A DNA stretch of 64,000 bases from Octopus vulgaris (lineage: Eukaryota). Within the stretch, counting starts at the first letter, position 1. Each line of letters starts with the position of its first letter. Of the stretch, positions 47,898 through 62,087 are shown in pieces. The notes beneath the pieces are model-generated. The model saw nothing but the letters and a program-made list of their open reading frames with translations. It did no database searches and was not told where the DNA came from. The position numbers and the translations under genes were made by a program. The stretch lies in contig OX597817.1 of the NCBI GenBank assembly GCA_951406725.2, positions 131,564,001 to 131,628,000 of the forward strand, given 5' to 3'.

Positions 47898-48180
47898 TCA
47901 GTCAGTTACGACGACGAGTGTTGCAGCTGCTCTGACAGCGGAACAGTTTGTTCGTGAAATTAACGGGTAATTTGGCTGGGTACTCCACACACACACACGT
48001 ACGCTTATCTTATTTCCCAGGGATATCCAGCATGGCAGAATGCAACAAAGTTGGTCGTCTGAACTGCAGGTACAACATTTTTTACCAGCTGAGTGGAGAG
48101 AAGCAACGTGAAACAAAGTGTCTTGCCCAAGAACACAACGTGCTTTTCAGATTCGAAATCCCGACCTTACGATCGTGGAA
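47898..48180 (-). mobile_element. Diverged SINE C-related copy
   Basis: TCGTGAAATTAACG..ACTCCACA tail and AAGTGTCTTGCCCAAGAACACAAC body. Confidence 0.75.
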
Positions 48181-48201
48181 CTAACGTAAAGCTTATATTA
48201 A

Positions 48202-48432
48202 GGCTGTGAGCTGGCAGAAACGTTAGCACGTCGGGCGAAATGCGTAGCCGTATATCGTCTGCCTTTACGTTCTGAGTTCAAATTCTGCCGAGGTCGACTT
48301 TGCCTTTCATCCTTTCGGGGTCGATAAATTAAGTACCAGTTACGCATTGGGGTCGATATAATCGACTTAATCCGTTTGTCTGTTCTTGTTTGTTCCCTCT
48401 GTGTTTAGCCCCTTGTGGGTAGTAAAGAAATA
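48202..48432 (+). mobile_element. SINE A, full length, tail type 1
   Basis: A/B boxes and tail TCTGTGTTTAGCCCCTTGTGGGTAGTAAAGAAATA. Confidence 0.92.
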
Positions 48433-48637
48433 TATATTTGTGTATACACACACACGCATACACACACACGCACGTACACACACACACTCACACACACACA
48501 TATACACATATATACACAAACACACAAAAACATACATACATACGCACGCACATACATACATGCATGTATAATTTTATGTTTATTTACATTTATATATGAA
48601 CCCGTGTTTGTTTATATAAACGTATTGTACGAGTAGT

Positions 48638-49009
48638 GGAGGCGTAATGGCCCAGTGGTTAGGGTAGTGGACTCACGGTCGTAGGATCGTGGTTTCGATT
48701 TCCAGACGGGCCGTTGTGAGTGTTTATTGAGCGAAAACACCTAAAGCACCACGAGGATCCGACAGGGGTTGGTGGTAATGAACACTGCTGTACTCTTTCA
48801 CCACAACTTACTTTCACTCTTTCTTCCTGTTTCTCTTGTAACTGTATTTCAAAAGGCCAGCCTTGTGTCCCGCTGAATCTCCCCGGGAACTACGTTAAGG
48901 GTACACGTGTCTGTGGAGTGCTCAGCTGCTTGCACGTTAACTTTACGAGCAGGTTGTTCCGTTGATTGAATCAAATGGAACCCTCATCGTCTTAATCGAC
49001 GGAGTGCCA
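48638..49009 (+). mobile_element. SINE C, full length, with 12-bp TSD
   Basis: ATTGTACGAGTA at 48624-48635 and 49012-49023. Confidence 0.93.
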
Positions 49010-49751
49010 TGATTGTACGAGTACTGTTTAATTAGTCACCCTTCCCCTCCTTTCTTCATATACTTGACTCTTAAAACTTCGATATTTCATTAAGAACCCA
49101 GTCTTTCCACATTGGCAAGTGCTTTGTTTAGACTCATTCGTATTTGTGAGTGTGGGTGTGACGGCATTTCTTTTTCACTGTATTTCTTTTGTACTTATTA
49201 CTTTGTCTATGTATTAATATTTTTTTTTAATCCGTAGGTTTGCTTCTGCCGGTGATATTTTCACAATGTGAAGATATCACTTTCAGTGAAGCAGAGGCCT
49301 AAGTTGTTATTGTTCCTGGTCGGAAACAATGTGGGTTGCTGCATGAACATCATTTTCGATAGATCAAACAGAGATTCTACTTGACTGCATTCTTTACGTG
49401 TCGTTTCTGAGATTATGTAGCCTGGTTGAGGAACTTGAAGTCATCCACGAGAAGTACATTGATCGACTTTGGTTAGTGTTTCTTTATATTACTTTAAAGT
49501 TCTCAAAATTTTGATCGTGATTTGAGATGTCAGGTGAACAATTTAATGTCCTTAGCACATCGCACATCAATTCGTTTTCAATATATGAATGTGATAACTG
49601 CCTCGAGGATGTGACATCTTTGCCGATATACACGCAACACCACTGCGACTTCTTTCTTTTCTGCTTGTACGAAACCCAGCATACATGGCTATATGTACCT
49701 CCACATAATTTTTATCTGCAGACAGATATGTTTCTGCAAGTGCAATGGGTG

Positions 49752-50085
49752 CTGCTTTGGTGTGTGATCTACAAGGGATTTTGCTTTATGTTATTTTAAA
49801 GTTTACTTCTCAATTTCTAAAAAGCCGTAAATTGTTGGCTAAAGAGGTTTACAATGTGATCTGCGACGAGACGAAGGCGGTTGCATTGTTACAAGAAACC
49901 AGCACTAAATTCACATCATTTCTTAAGAAAAAGAAAGGTACCATTTGGTGTGTGATTTACAATTTAAAGAGAGATTATTTTAGGTTACGAGGTCGAAGTA
50001 ACCGGTAGCCGGACAGTAAACGACAGAGCTGATTGAGATATAGGGCAGCAGAGTTATCTCCCTTGTAGATCACACACCAAAGCAG
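49752..50085. mobile_element. Segment bounded by a perfect 27-bp inverted repeat (MITE-like)
   Basis: CTGCTTTGGTGTGTGATCTACAAGGGA at 49752-49778 and its reverse complement at 50059-50085. Confidence 0.7.
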
Positions 50086-50438
50086 TACTGTGCAAAAGCA
50101 TATTACATGATCGAACGCAGAAAGATATCTCAGAAATGAGATTTTGCTTTTTTCTGTTGAACTGCAATAGGCCTCTGATATATGTCAGTACAATGGGTTT
50201 TATGGTGATGGTGGTGGCATCCGTGAGTCTGTTATTTGTGGAGGCCACCGTGAGTCTGTTTATTCGTGGTGACCATTCGTGGTGGTCTCGAGTATGGATA
50301 TATATTACTTTCGCTAAATTTCCTTTTATAACTATGACAGACGCTGTACAATATTTTCTGACGCGCTTAAATTTTTTTAGCGCCAATGCTACAGCTCTTG
50401 CTGCATTTACTTATAGTTTTCTGGTATATGGCATACGT

Positions 50439-50700
50439 GGAGGCACGCGTGGCCTACTAGTTAGGGTGTTGTGCTCATGATCATTAGATTGTGGGATCTG
50501 ATACCCGATCCGAGCAGCGCGTTGAGTTCTTGAGCAAAACACTTCATTTCACGTTACCACTTACGAACTTACCTTTTTATCAGGCGAATTGTTGGTCAGT
50601 TCGCCTAACCTGTAGGACGACATCAGTGAAAAATTAATTCGATCAAAGTACATTGTGACCAGCGATGTATAACAACATCTGATGGTCTGCTCTATCATGC
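50439..50700 (+). mobile_element. Diverged SINE C-related copy with alternative tail
   Basis: tRNA-like head; tail CATTGTGACCAGCGATGT shared with 53150-53170. Confidence 0.7.
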
Positions 50701-50848
50701 AATAACGCATACCAAATGCGGTGTGTGAGCGTGTGTATGTGTATGTATATATGTATGTATGCAGTGAAGCTATACATTAGCGTCGTATTTATTACGTTCG
50801 CTATTTTCCAGTAGATATCGGTGCTTCGTTGTACCATTTATTTACTTT

Positions 50849-50917
<69 letters not shown>

Positions 50918-50956
50918 CGTGGTGGCCATATATATATGTGTGTGTGTGTGTATGTA

Positions 50957-50996
<40 letters not shown>

Positions 50997-51035
50997 AACG
51001 TATGTATGTATGTATGTATGTACACATACATGTAT

Positions 51036-51416
51036 GGCGTAGCTGTGTGGTAAGAAATTGGCTTCCCACCTTCATGGTTCCATGTTCAGCCGCACTGCAT
51101 GGCACCTTCAACAAGTGTCTTCTACAAAAGCCTCGAGCCAACCAAAGCCTCGTGAGAAACTGAAGGAAGCCTGTTACATATATGTACATAAGCCGGTGAG
51201 CTGGCAGAATCGTTAGCGCGCCGAGCGAAATGCTTAGCGGTATTTCATCTGCCGCTACGTTCTGAGTTAAAATTCCGCCGAGTTCGACTTTGCCCTTCAT
51301 TCTTTTGGGGTCAATAAAACAAGTATCAGTTATGCACTGGGGTCGATGTAATCGACTTAATACCTTTGTCTATCCTTGTTTGTCCTCTCTGTTGTCCACC
51401 CTGTGGGCAATAAAGA
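51036..51416 (+). mobile_element. SINE B head (51036-51177) followed by SINE A (51192-51416)
   Basis: Both family heads are recognisable. Confidence 0.85.
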
Positions 51417-51484
51417 CACATATATATGTATACATATATATATATACATATGTATATATATATATGTACATGTGTATATATATG

Positions 51485-51544
<60 letters not shown>

Positions 51545-51985
51545 CATATATATACACATGTACATATATATATACATATGTATATATATGTGCACGCATG
51601 TGTGTGTGTGGTTGTGTGTGTACATGCAAGCACAGATATATGCGCATGCGTTATAAGCTTACTTAAGCATATTCTGTCTTTCCTTATATTAATACGTTCA
51701 TTTCAACTCTGCTAGAGGAATATACACATAAATTCTATCTCAACAAACACACACGCATGCATACACACACACACACACACACCATACACACACGCTCAGA
51801 GACACTCATAAATACATGTATGTACGAGTGGGTGTTGTTTACACACTCAGCCAGACAGCATATACACATACATACATACATTTATGCATTCATACATACA
51901 TATGTATATCAAGTTGTATTCTTTAAAATAACAGCTCTAATTCTACAGTGTATGCGTGTGCGTGTTAGTGTGCGCGCGCGTGTGA

Positions 51986-52029
<44 letters not shown>

Positions 52030-52208
52030 TATGCGCGCGTTTGTTTGTCTTTGGTTTTTGCCTGCTGAGCATTTCAAACGTATATTTTTCTACATCAAAG
52101 GAATGAGATGCTGATGTAAAAGATGGATATCACACAACATAGAAGCAGCGGCGAGAAAAGAGATAAAGTGAGGAGCATTACAAAAAAAGGAAAGAGAGAT
52201 ACAAATAC

Positions 52209-52250
<42 letters not shown>

Positions 52251-52569
52251 TAGAGACAGAGAGAGAGACAGAGAGAGAGACAGAGAGGAAGAGATAATGG
52301 TAAAGGAGAAAAAAGCGAGGTGTATGAGAGTATTCATGAGCAAATGTATGGAAGATCAAAATAGTAAGAAAATATACACTGAGTTAAGTGTGCATATAAG
52401 CGAGTGGGCGTGAGAATACGAAACCTATGCCCTTAAATTTATAGATAACTAAACAATTCTTTTCTCTGAATCTCCCATGTTTCTCATATATATACACATA
52501 TGTATAACTACAATGCATACATGTAACTAAGGGAGAGCCAGAAAATGGTATTCTGGAGATTCTTTATTA

Positions 52570-52673
52570 TCACAACGATCGTTTCGACCCATCTTGCATC
52601 GACCCCACGCGGGTGAACAACTACACAACTGGTTATGGTACATCATTTGATGCTGATGGATCCCATTAGGTGA
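52570..52673 (-). ncRNA. Hammerhead fold with mutated core
   Basis: UCAC-CUAAUGG-GAUCCAUC..GAUGGGUC-GAAA-CGAUCG-UU-GUGA. Confidence 0.55.
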
Positions 52674-52759
52674 GTTTCCCATATTATCAGGTGTATACAT
52701 AAGATTTAATTACTTACATACAGACACACACAAACGCGCACACACAATTATAAATAAAT

Positions 52760-53197
<438 letters not shown>

Positions 53198-53209
53198 ATA
53201 TATATATAT

Positions 53210-53800
53210 CTAATGTAGGATAAAATTTTTCGAAAAAAATTCTGTCAATGGCTAGCATATTAAAAAATACCTTTAAGGGTTAAATTTATAAACAATTTAT
53301 AAGTAAGGGCAAAAGAAAAAAATTCTAATGCCAAAATATGCCGAAAATTGACACAACGTCAATAACCATGTAATTTATCACTACAAGCTCGCGTTTCGAA
53401 GAAAGCCGGCAGAAATTTCTAAAAAAATCCCGTTATTACCATATCAGACCCGATTTCAGAGTTAGTTCATATAGAAACTCTCTATATTGGATATATTTGG
53501 GGTACTTAATTGTGCTCATGACTTAGTGTTCGCTTCTTCCATGGGTATAAGTAAGTATTTCACTTATTTCTTTGCCGCATTTATTACTGATGAAGGGAAG
53601 GTTCTTATGAACTAACTCTTAAATCCGGTCCGATATGGTAATAACGGTTTTTTTAGAAATTTCTGCCGGCTTTCTTCGAAACGCGTGCTTCTAGTGATAA
53701 ATTACATAGTTATTGACGTTATGCCTATTTTCGGTATATTCTGGCATTAGAAATTTTTTCTTTTGCTCTTACTTATAAATTGCTTATATATAAATTTATA
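53210..53800. mobile_element. Foldback element with arms of about 200 bp and a hammerhead-like core
   Basis: Arms 53281-53478 and 53601-53798; CTGATGA at 53587, GAAACGCG at 53678. Confidence 0.8.
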
Positions 53801-53956
53801 CACAGCAGAGTAAGCACATAAATGTGAAACAAGGTGGAGAAAACAGTACTCGAATACCAAAGGTAGAGTAATATGCAGCAAAAATGTCACAGCTGCTACC
53901 CAGTTACACGTTCCCAGGAATTTTTATGTATCTATGTATGTATGTATGTATGTTTG

Positions 53957-53993
<37 letters not shown>

Positions 53994-54092
53994 CTATATA
54001 TATATATATATACATACAAATATACATACATACACACACATATGTATACACACACACACGCACACACACGCACACACGCACACGCACACATA

Positions 54093-54178
<86 letters not shown>

Positions 54179-55853
54179 TACTAGAGTTAGAGATTGGAAT
54201 AACCGTCTAAGGTATAAAAGTACATATGCAAGCATATTACGCACATTTAATACAGTCAATGACAAAGATAAACATGAGTTTACAAGGAATCAAATTTAAA
54301 GTAAATAGAAAATGGTGAAATTTCTCCATTTTTTGTTTACACACACACACACACACACATATACATATATATATACATTATAAATATAGATATACATATA
54401 GAGACATTAAAAAACATACATGCCTATATATATATATGTGCGTGAATGTGTTTGCGTGTGTGGAGAGAGAAAGACAGAGAGAGAGAGATGAAGAGAGAGA
54501 GAGATGAAGAGAGAGAGAGATGAAGAGAGAGAGAGAGGGAGAGCGTGAGCAATTGTGAGGTTTTGAGTTGTACATTAGGATGTTACAAAGGTAGAGAATA
54601 AAATTGTTGCGGTTTCCCGAGGTATTTGAGGTGAGTAGAAGTTATTGGGTTACTTTTCAGTGGAACGATGGTTTATAATTGAATAATTGACGGGGTTCGA
54701 GGTTCAATCGTTATTACAAAGAAAATAAATCATTTTCATGGTCGTATGTACCCTCCATATACTCTCCCTTTCTATTGTTTTTTGTAATACTTTGGAGAAT
54801 TTTCCCCGACAGAAAGGTTACAAAATGTTTAATTATAACATAATCAGATGTGTTTGTTTCTGTGGCTCAATATATACCTTGAAATTAATAAAGTTCTTTG
54901 CACTTCATTTTGTCGTCTAACAAAGCTCAATAAACCTTTGGCGTTCTCTTGTAAAATTAAGAATTGAATCCTTGATTCGCGTAATGACTCTTAAAATGAA
55001 ACGTACCGATTTATGAGCTTGCGTCTTCCAAACTTTAATTGAAGTAAATCATATTAGCTGTTGTAAATTTCTGGTTTGCTTTGGCATTTAGGGTCAATAG
55101 GAGAGTGATCAACAATTTTATCATGAGATAGCTGGTATATCAGTAATTGTACTTATCGATTGTGGCTAACTAATCTCAGACACCTGGCTGCAGCATGCAA
55201 TAACGTTTCGGATACACGAAAAACGAATATGACTCACCTGAGTGTTTTTAAACGAAATTTAGAAGTATTTAACTCTACTATAAATTACATTAAGTAAGAA
55301 GGTGGATTAAACCAGATAACATACCTTTTATGGTTGAATTCGTTGTTGTTCTTTCCCCCCTTAATATTCCTGGATATAAATCTATTTTCTTATGTGAAAT
55401 CGTTAATCTCAAATCTCTGTTTACAGTAACTGGTCGCACATACTATCATAAAGCTTCGTCAAAAGATAATCCTATAAATACATGTCTAAGTTATAAGAGG
55501 GCAGTTAGCTTATGTGGGGTACCATACAAAATGTAATAAATATGGTAGACCATACAACAGCAACATCGATTGCATCTGGACATCCAAACTAAGATTACAT
55601 CTATCCACATGCTTTCCCCACTTCAAAACACCCCGAGAGATTTAATCATCAAGATATTACGATCAGCATAAAATACACAGATAGGATATTGGTTATTAGA
55701 TTATTAAAGAGAAGAACCTTATTAATAAATTAATTACTTCTGTCAGCAAAATTCCGCTGCGTTAATTGACTAATGTAACGCTTCTGATCTGTGACATGAG
55801 TCCTTTCAGCTCATACCTATGCAGATCAGAGATGAGCTGAGTCTTAATTATTC

Positions 55854-55890
55854 TTCTTTGATAAAGGTTTTTAAAGCCGAAATATTAGAA
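55854..55890 (+). ncRNA. Decayed minimal hammerhead-like motif
   Basis: UUCU-UUGAUAA-A-GGUUU-UU-AAAGCC-GAAA-UA-UU-AGAA; two core changes. Confidence 0.35.
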
Positions 55891-55987
55891 TATTAAGTAA
55901 AAGTATGAACAGGTCTCCAGGTTTTGCTCTTATTTTCATTCTTTTAATTCAAACTAACGTTATAATGGATTTCCAAATCAGTCATTT

Positions 55988-56370
55988 ATCTTTTACTTGT
56001 TACAGTCATTGAACTTCGGCTATGCTGTCGTGCCGCCATAAAGGGTACCACAGTCGAACAAACTGACTCCCATTTCTTATGTATTTTTAGGTCTCGTACA
56101 TATTCTATCGATATTATTGCCGAACCGTTGATTTATAGGGGCGTAAACAAACCAGCACCGACTGTCAAGTCGCGTGGGGAACAAACACCAACACAAGGTC
56201 ACCACAAAGACAGAGACGCACGCACACATATACACACTGGCAGGCACGTGCACGCACACACACACACACATATGTATTTGATGAGGGTCCTTTACAGTTT
56301 GTATCTATGAAATGAACTCACAAATCATGGGTCGATTCGGAACTATGGTAAAAAAACCTCCTCAAGTTGT
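55988..56370 (-). mobile_element. Diverged SINE B
   Basis: TCTTTTACTTGTTACAGTCATTG tail and CGTAAACAAACCAGCACCG body. Confidence 0.7.
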
Positions 56371-56425
56371 ATGTATGTGTGTGTTTGTGCACTCGCGTGT
56401 GCATGTGCATATATATTCATATATA

Positions 56426-56479
<54 letters not shown>

Positions 56480-56485
<6 letters not shown>

Positions 56486-57054
56486 TAATAAGGGTAGAAA
56501 TTGATATTAATAAATTAAAACCAATGGCTTAGCAAATTTTAAAAAATCGAAGATTAAAAATTGTGTTACATACAAAATTTAGAGAACTGACCACTAAAGT
56601 GGACAGCCTATATGCTAAACATAAACGTCAAATTGCCATTACCACGAAGAATGTGTTGTCAAGAAAAATCTCAGCAAAAAATCAATGTAAAACTAAGTGA
56701 AGGCATTTGAAAGATACACATAAATTTAATTTGCAGAACTTTATACATGCTGGATTTCAATTGAGCGTTCTGTATCTAGTTCTGGAAATTGTGTTTTGTA
56801 AGCGACAGACTATGCTGATGATCTTGCAGATATTTGCGCGTTCATATACGTAAATATTAACAAGTGAAACCAATAGTACATAAGTAATAGTTTTTGATTT
56901 CGTATATTTTCATTTGTCTTTCTAATTTTTACATTTTGTTTTTTTTTTGCTGAGATTTTTCTTGGGAACATATTCTTCGTGGTAATGGCGATTTGACGTC
57001 TATGTTTAGCATATAGGCTGTCCACTTTAGTGGTCAGTCCTCTAAATTTTGTAT
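56480..57054. mobile_element. (TA)n-flanked foldback element with arms of about 125 bp
   Basis: Arms 56570-56692 and 56927-57054; homologous pieces at 44050-44150 and 28912-28995. Confidence 0.85.
56811..56882 (+). ncRNA. Type I hammerhead ribozyme candidate with intact core
   Basis: UAUG-CUGAUGA-U-CUUG..AUAUUUGCG/CGUAAAUAU..CAAG-U-GAAA-C-CAAUA-G-UA-CAUA. Confidence 0.72.
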
Positions 57055-57287
57055 ATATATATATATATTTTTTTTTTTCAGAATGAGACAAAAAACCAAG
57101 GCAGTGAAAATTTTAGAACATTTATAAATAGAAGGTTTAACCGCTGTTTCCAGTTGAAGCATCAAGTCAGTCCTGTATATGAATGTTTGTATGCATATAC
57201 GTATGAATGTACGTATGTATATATGTATGTATATATACACGCACATACATATATGCATAATCTATATAAATATAACTAAATGTACTT

Positions 57288-57556
<269 letters not shown>

Positions 57557-57933
57557 ACGTTGTTGCATCGGCTCGTAGGTTAATCGCCTTTTTCTATTGT
57601 TTATTGGAAAAGTTTTGCTTTAAATTTTCGCAAACGGGGTGTGTAAGGCACCCAACTTTCGTCTGGGTGTGTTTTCCGAGAGGGAATTTGCCCCTAGGGG
57701 CAATTTCAACCCTATTTTAATATCAAAATTTTTGCTTTCTCGATTTTTACATATGTCGGGAAAGCGTATCGTCTGGCGTGTAAGCGTATTGTCTGCCTAA
57801 CGTGTTTACAGTTTTTGCTTTCGAAGTTTGTGAAGCGCCCAACTTTCGTTTGGGTATTTTTAAGGGTGGAATTGGCTCCTAGGGGCAGTTTCATCACCAT
57901 TTCAATATCGAATTTTATTTCACGATATTAAAA

Positions 57934-58287
57934 ATGTCGAGAAATTTGATTGTAGAGCAGTGGTCGACAGTATTCGTCGACGAAGACTTTCCCAGTCTAG
58001 GAATGATGGAGGGAAGAAGAAAAGACGACGAATCGTTCGATCGCATACACTCGAAAACAAGCGCTGAAAAAGAAATTGCTGTCAATACAATAAATAATAT
58101 TTCGATGGTCGTTGACAGCCCTGCCATCGCCATCGCCACCACCACCACCACCTCCACCACCACCACCACCACCACCATCACCACCACCAGAACTATCACA
58201 TCTACCACCTCCGCTGCCACAACAACCATTAACAACAACAACAACAACAACAACAATAATAATAATAATAACAATAATAACAATAAT

Positions 58288-58349
<62 letters not shown>

Positions 58350-60130
58350 CAATGACAACAAGAATAACAACAACAACATCAATGATATAGCTATAAATAT
58401 GCCTGCTATTTCGCAGGATTTGAATATCTCACCTATTACTGGTGATGATAATAATATTAATATTAAGAAGGCAACATCCACTGTTCCTGGAAATGCCAAT
58501 ACACACATTACCACCACCACTACACTATCAACTAACACTAATTTTGCTGCGGCAACCACCAACATCCACAACGACAACAACAGTACAAAGAAAATTTCTA
58601 TTAATTTCGCAGACATGCTCAAGCAAAAACCCCCCAGAAATTGTGCATTTCACAAATGAAGAGTTACTCGAGACCCGGTCACTTTTCACAACATCCGGAC
58701 AAAACCTAATACTGCACACACCACAACACGTTAGAGAGGATGTGGAAAAGAGAACAATTGTATTTAAAATTATTAGGAAAACCCCCAAAACAGTTGAACA
58801 GATAACTAAAACAAAAATTACAAAAAATGTGCCAAAACAACAATGAAAACAAAACAATACATAAACTGGGGTCCCCAATTTAATACTGTGCAGGTCCGCT
58901 TCCATAATCAGGAAGAGGCAAAACAGCGCTCTACGCAAACACTACAGAACGATGAACTCGTCATGGTCCCATACTACATGGGACAGAGAGTAAGCAAAAT
59001 CAAAATAGAGAATATCCCACCCGAAATTCAACCAAAGTGGATCACATCGGCGATATGTTTTCATTTGAAAACAATAGGCATAATAGAAATCGCCAGTTTT
59101 CACAATGAAAACTGGACCGGCAAATCGATTGAAATCACGATCCAAATGGATCAAGATTCTATCGAAAAATTGCTCAATGTGATCCAACTCGAAAATGGAC
59201 AAAGCCTGTATGTGGTGGTGGAGGGGAAAACCGCGTTGTTACCTCTGCGGCAGCCCAGACCACTTAATAGCAAAGTGCGTTTTAGCACATAAAAACAACA
59301 AGAACAATTGCAATCAAAATACAAAACAAATAGAAGACAACCTTTGCTATCAGCACCACCAAACCCACAACTGATGCAAGAAATATACAGAAAAATGGAA
59401 CAACGTCAAGAACAACACCAAACCAGCAAACAAAACCCAAGAACATCACCAAGAAGAGAAACAACACCATCACAGTTACCTCCAACACCGCAACCAGCTA
59501 GAGAAACTACACCACCACCATCAACAGATAAACCAACACCAACACCAAGAACAACAAACAAGAAAACAAATACCACTGAAGAAAAGACAAATTCTGACCC
59601 TAATTCCCCAACAACAACAACACACACACACTACACACCACAACAATTTCTACAAACACACATATAGAAGCAAATGCTCTGCCTTTATCCCCTTCTGATT
59701 CGTCAGACTTTTCGTCTAACGACGAAATTTCGACAGAATGGCAAATAGCCACAGGGGGTGAAAGGAAAAGATAAAAAAACGACCAAACAAGCAAATGCAA
59801 GTAAAGCAGGGAGATATATAACCCCTGACAGCCCCTTACACAATCAAACCAACAACGACACCGCAACAACACACACTGCTAACAGCACTAGACATAGAAA
59901 ATACAAAACTAATGAACTACATCACATCTCACACATGAAGATGTCTTTAAACTGAACAACCATCCACGCACTACACCACCGACACACATAAAACTAGTAC
60001 ACATCACACAAACGCAGCACCACACACTCAAAACCCCCTTTCCAAATGTGGTCGGGGGGTTCCAAAATACTTGTCGAAGAATCTTTTCAAAAACCTCCTC
60101 CAAGATATTTCAAAAGAGTAGAAAACTACT
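57934..60130 (+). pseudogene. LINE ORF1 (frameshifted) with CCHC zinc knuckle
   Basis: Consecutive ORFs at 57934, 58442, 58843 and 59308; VVEG..RCYLCGSPDHLIAKC near 59215-59277; 3' boundary uncertain. Confidence 0.75.
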
Positions 60131-60208
60131 AAAACTTTCGAAAGGAGTAACATTCCCTCTCGTCTCTTTCGCTGTTGTGTGTGAAACACAAATTTTCGAC
60201 CATGAATT

Positions 60209-62087
60209 ATGCTTAAATTAGGTTGTGTGAATGTACGTGGCTTGGCGTCGGCTTGGAAGCAAGTTTATCTTCTAAATAACATCAAGTCACTGAACGTTGA
60301 TATAGAAGCTATCAGTGAAACCAGACTCAGTAACCCGTGGGCCCTCGCATCCATGTTTGGCGGACAATTCGACATTTATTTTTCTCCCTGTCTGCCAAAC
60401 ATGGGTGGTGGTGGTGGTACCGCGGTGCTTTTTCGGAAGAGTCTAAACGTAAAAGTAAGATCAATATTCCTAGACCCGGAGGGTAGGCTGGTGGTCGATG
60501 GCAGAAATGGGTGTGCTTTCCGCCTGATGGCAGTGTATGCACCGTCCTTAATGGGCCGGGCGGATTACTTCAGACGTCTAGAGGTTTTCCTGGGAACGTC
60601 TCGATCTTTACTGTTAGTAGGGGACTGGAACGCTACCTTGGACACGCATCTAGACTATGTGGGAATGGATAGGAATAGAAGCGGATGTAAGTGCCTCAAA
60701 GACCTGCTCAGACGTTTCCATTTGTCTGACAGGTTCCGACTCGACCATCCGAATGTGCCAACGTGGACTTGGACAAACCGCGTCGGACTGTAGATATCGT
60801 ATCTAGATAGAGTTCTATGTTGGACAGAAGATAGAGATAGTGTAGGATGTCCACAATTTAAAATAGTCAGATCACAAATTTTTGACGTGTACGCTCGACT
60901 TAGATAAGACACATAGGCAGGGGCCCGGTTACTAGAAACAGAACATGTCGCTCTTATCGCGGCAGGTTTATAGGAACCGGATTAGTGAGTTAATTAAGAG
61001 GGCATTAACAGGAGCCATCGTTAACAACCGCTGGTGGCTTGCCCTGAAAATGGCAATTAAATCGGAATCGATTAGGTTTGGCAAAGAATTAGCGATAGAT
61101 CGAAATAGAACAGAGGGAAACTTAGTTAAGAAACTAAAAGAGGCTCTTACAACTGGCAGTGCAACCAACGTACTGGCTGCGAGGATGACCCTAGACCAAC
61201 ACCTTAACGCCAAACGCGAGGGTTGCGTCGTCAGAGCTAAAATGCGTACCTTAAGGAACGAAGGGATCGAAGCTGCGCGAGAAGCCCAGGTAGTGGAGGC
61301 GCAACGTGGCAAAAAAGCCACCATTCGGTCTCTAATAGATCAACAGGGATGCAATTTACTCGAACCCGAAAGATGTGTGAGGCCTTTCAACAGCACTTTG
61401 CTCGACTGTTTGGTGCGAGTGGTGGGTCGGAACGCGGGATGGACTTCAGAGCCTACCTGACCGGCCTGCCGCGGCTGTCGGCAAGAGAAGCAGAGTGTTG
61501 TGAGGGTCTCATCACAGCTGCTGAAGTACGAGATGTGAAAGCGGGCTGCGCGAGGGATAAGTCGCTTGATTAGATGGTCTACCCTACGAGCTGTATTGTC
61601 AAATGCCAGACTTGTTTGGCAACCTCTTGGCATCCGTCTACTGCAACAGGCAACAAAACGGGAGAATCCCCGGTTTCGTGAGCCGAGGTGCAGTGACGTT
61701 GCTGAAGAAAGACCCAAACAAGGGGAATTTTATAGATAATTCTAGGCCCATCACTCTGCTCAACGAAGATTTTAAAATTTTGGCCAAAGTAATAGTCGAG
61801 AGGTTGGCGCTTGTCATCGATAAACTCATCGATAAGGCGCAAACATGCGCCGTGCCGGGGAGAACCATCCATGACAACCTCAATCGGATGTGCTACATCG
61901 TGGACAGGGTAGTTAAGGATTCTGGCATGGGTGGGGCGCTGATCAATTTGGATCAATCTAAAGCTTTCGATAGGGTCGACCATCAATACTTGGCGGCCGT
62001 CCTCAGGGCGGCTGGCTTTGGTCCCATCTTCCGCGGTTGAATCGCTGCCTTGTATAGCGACATCTGATCGGTAATTTGGGTGAACAC
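60209..62087 (+). pseudogene. LINE ORF2: APE endonuclease and N-terminal half of reverse transcriptase
   Basis: NVRG, SETR, AVYAP, VGDWN, SYLDRV; RPITLLNEDFKILAK, PGRTIHDN, LDQSKAFDRVDH; stops and frameshifts; breaks off before QG and YADD. Confidence 0.92.

Noticed and set aside
49218-49700. Host exon or transposase after a TAG acceptor-like site
   Set aside because: Stops in all frames and no recognisable motif
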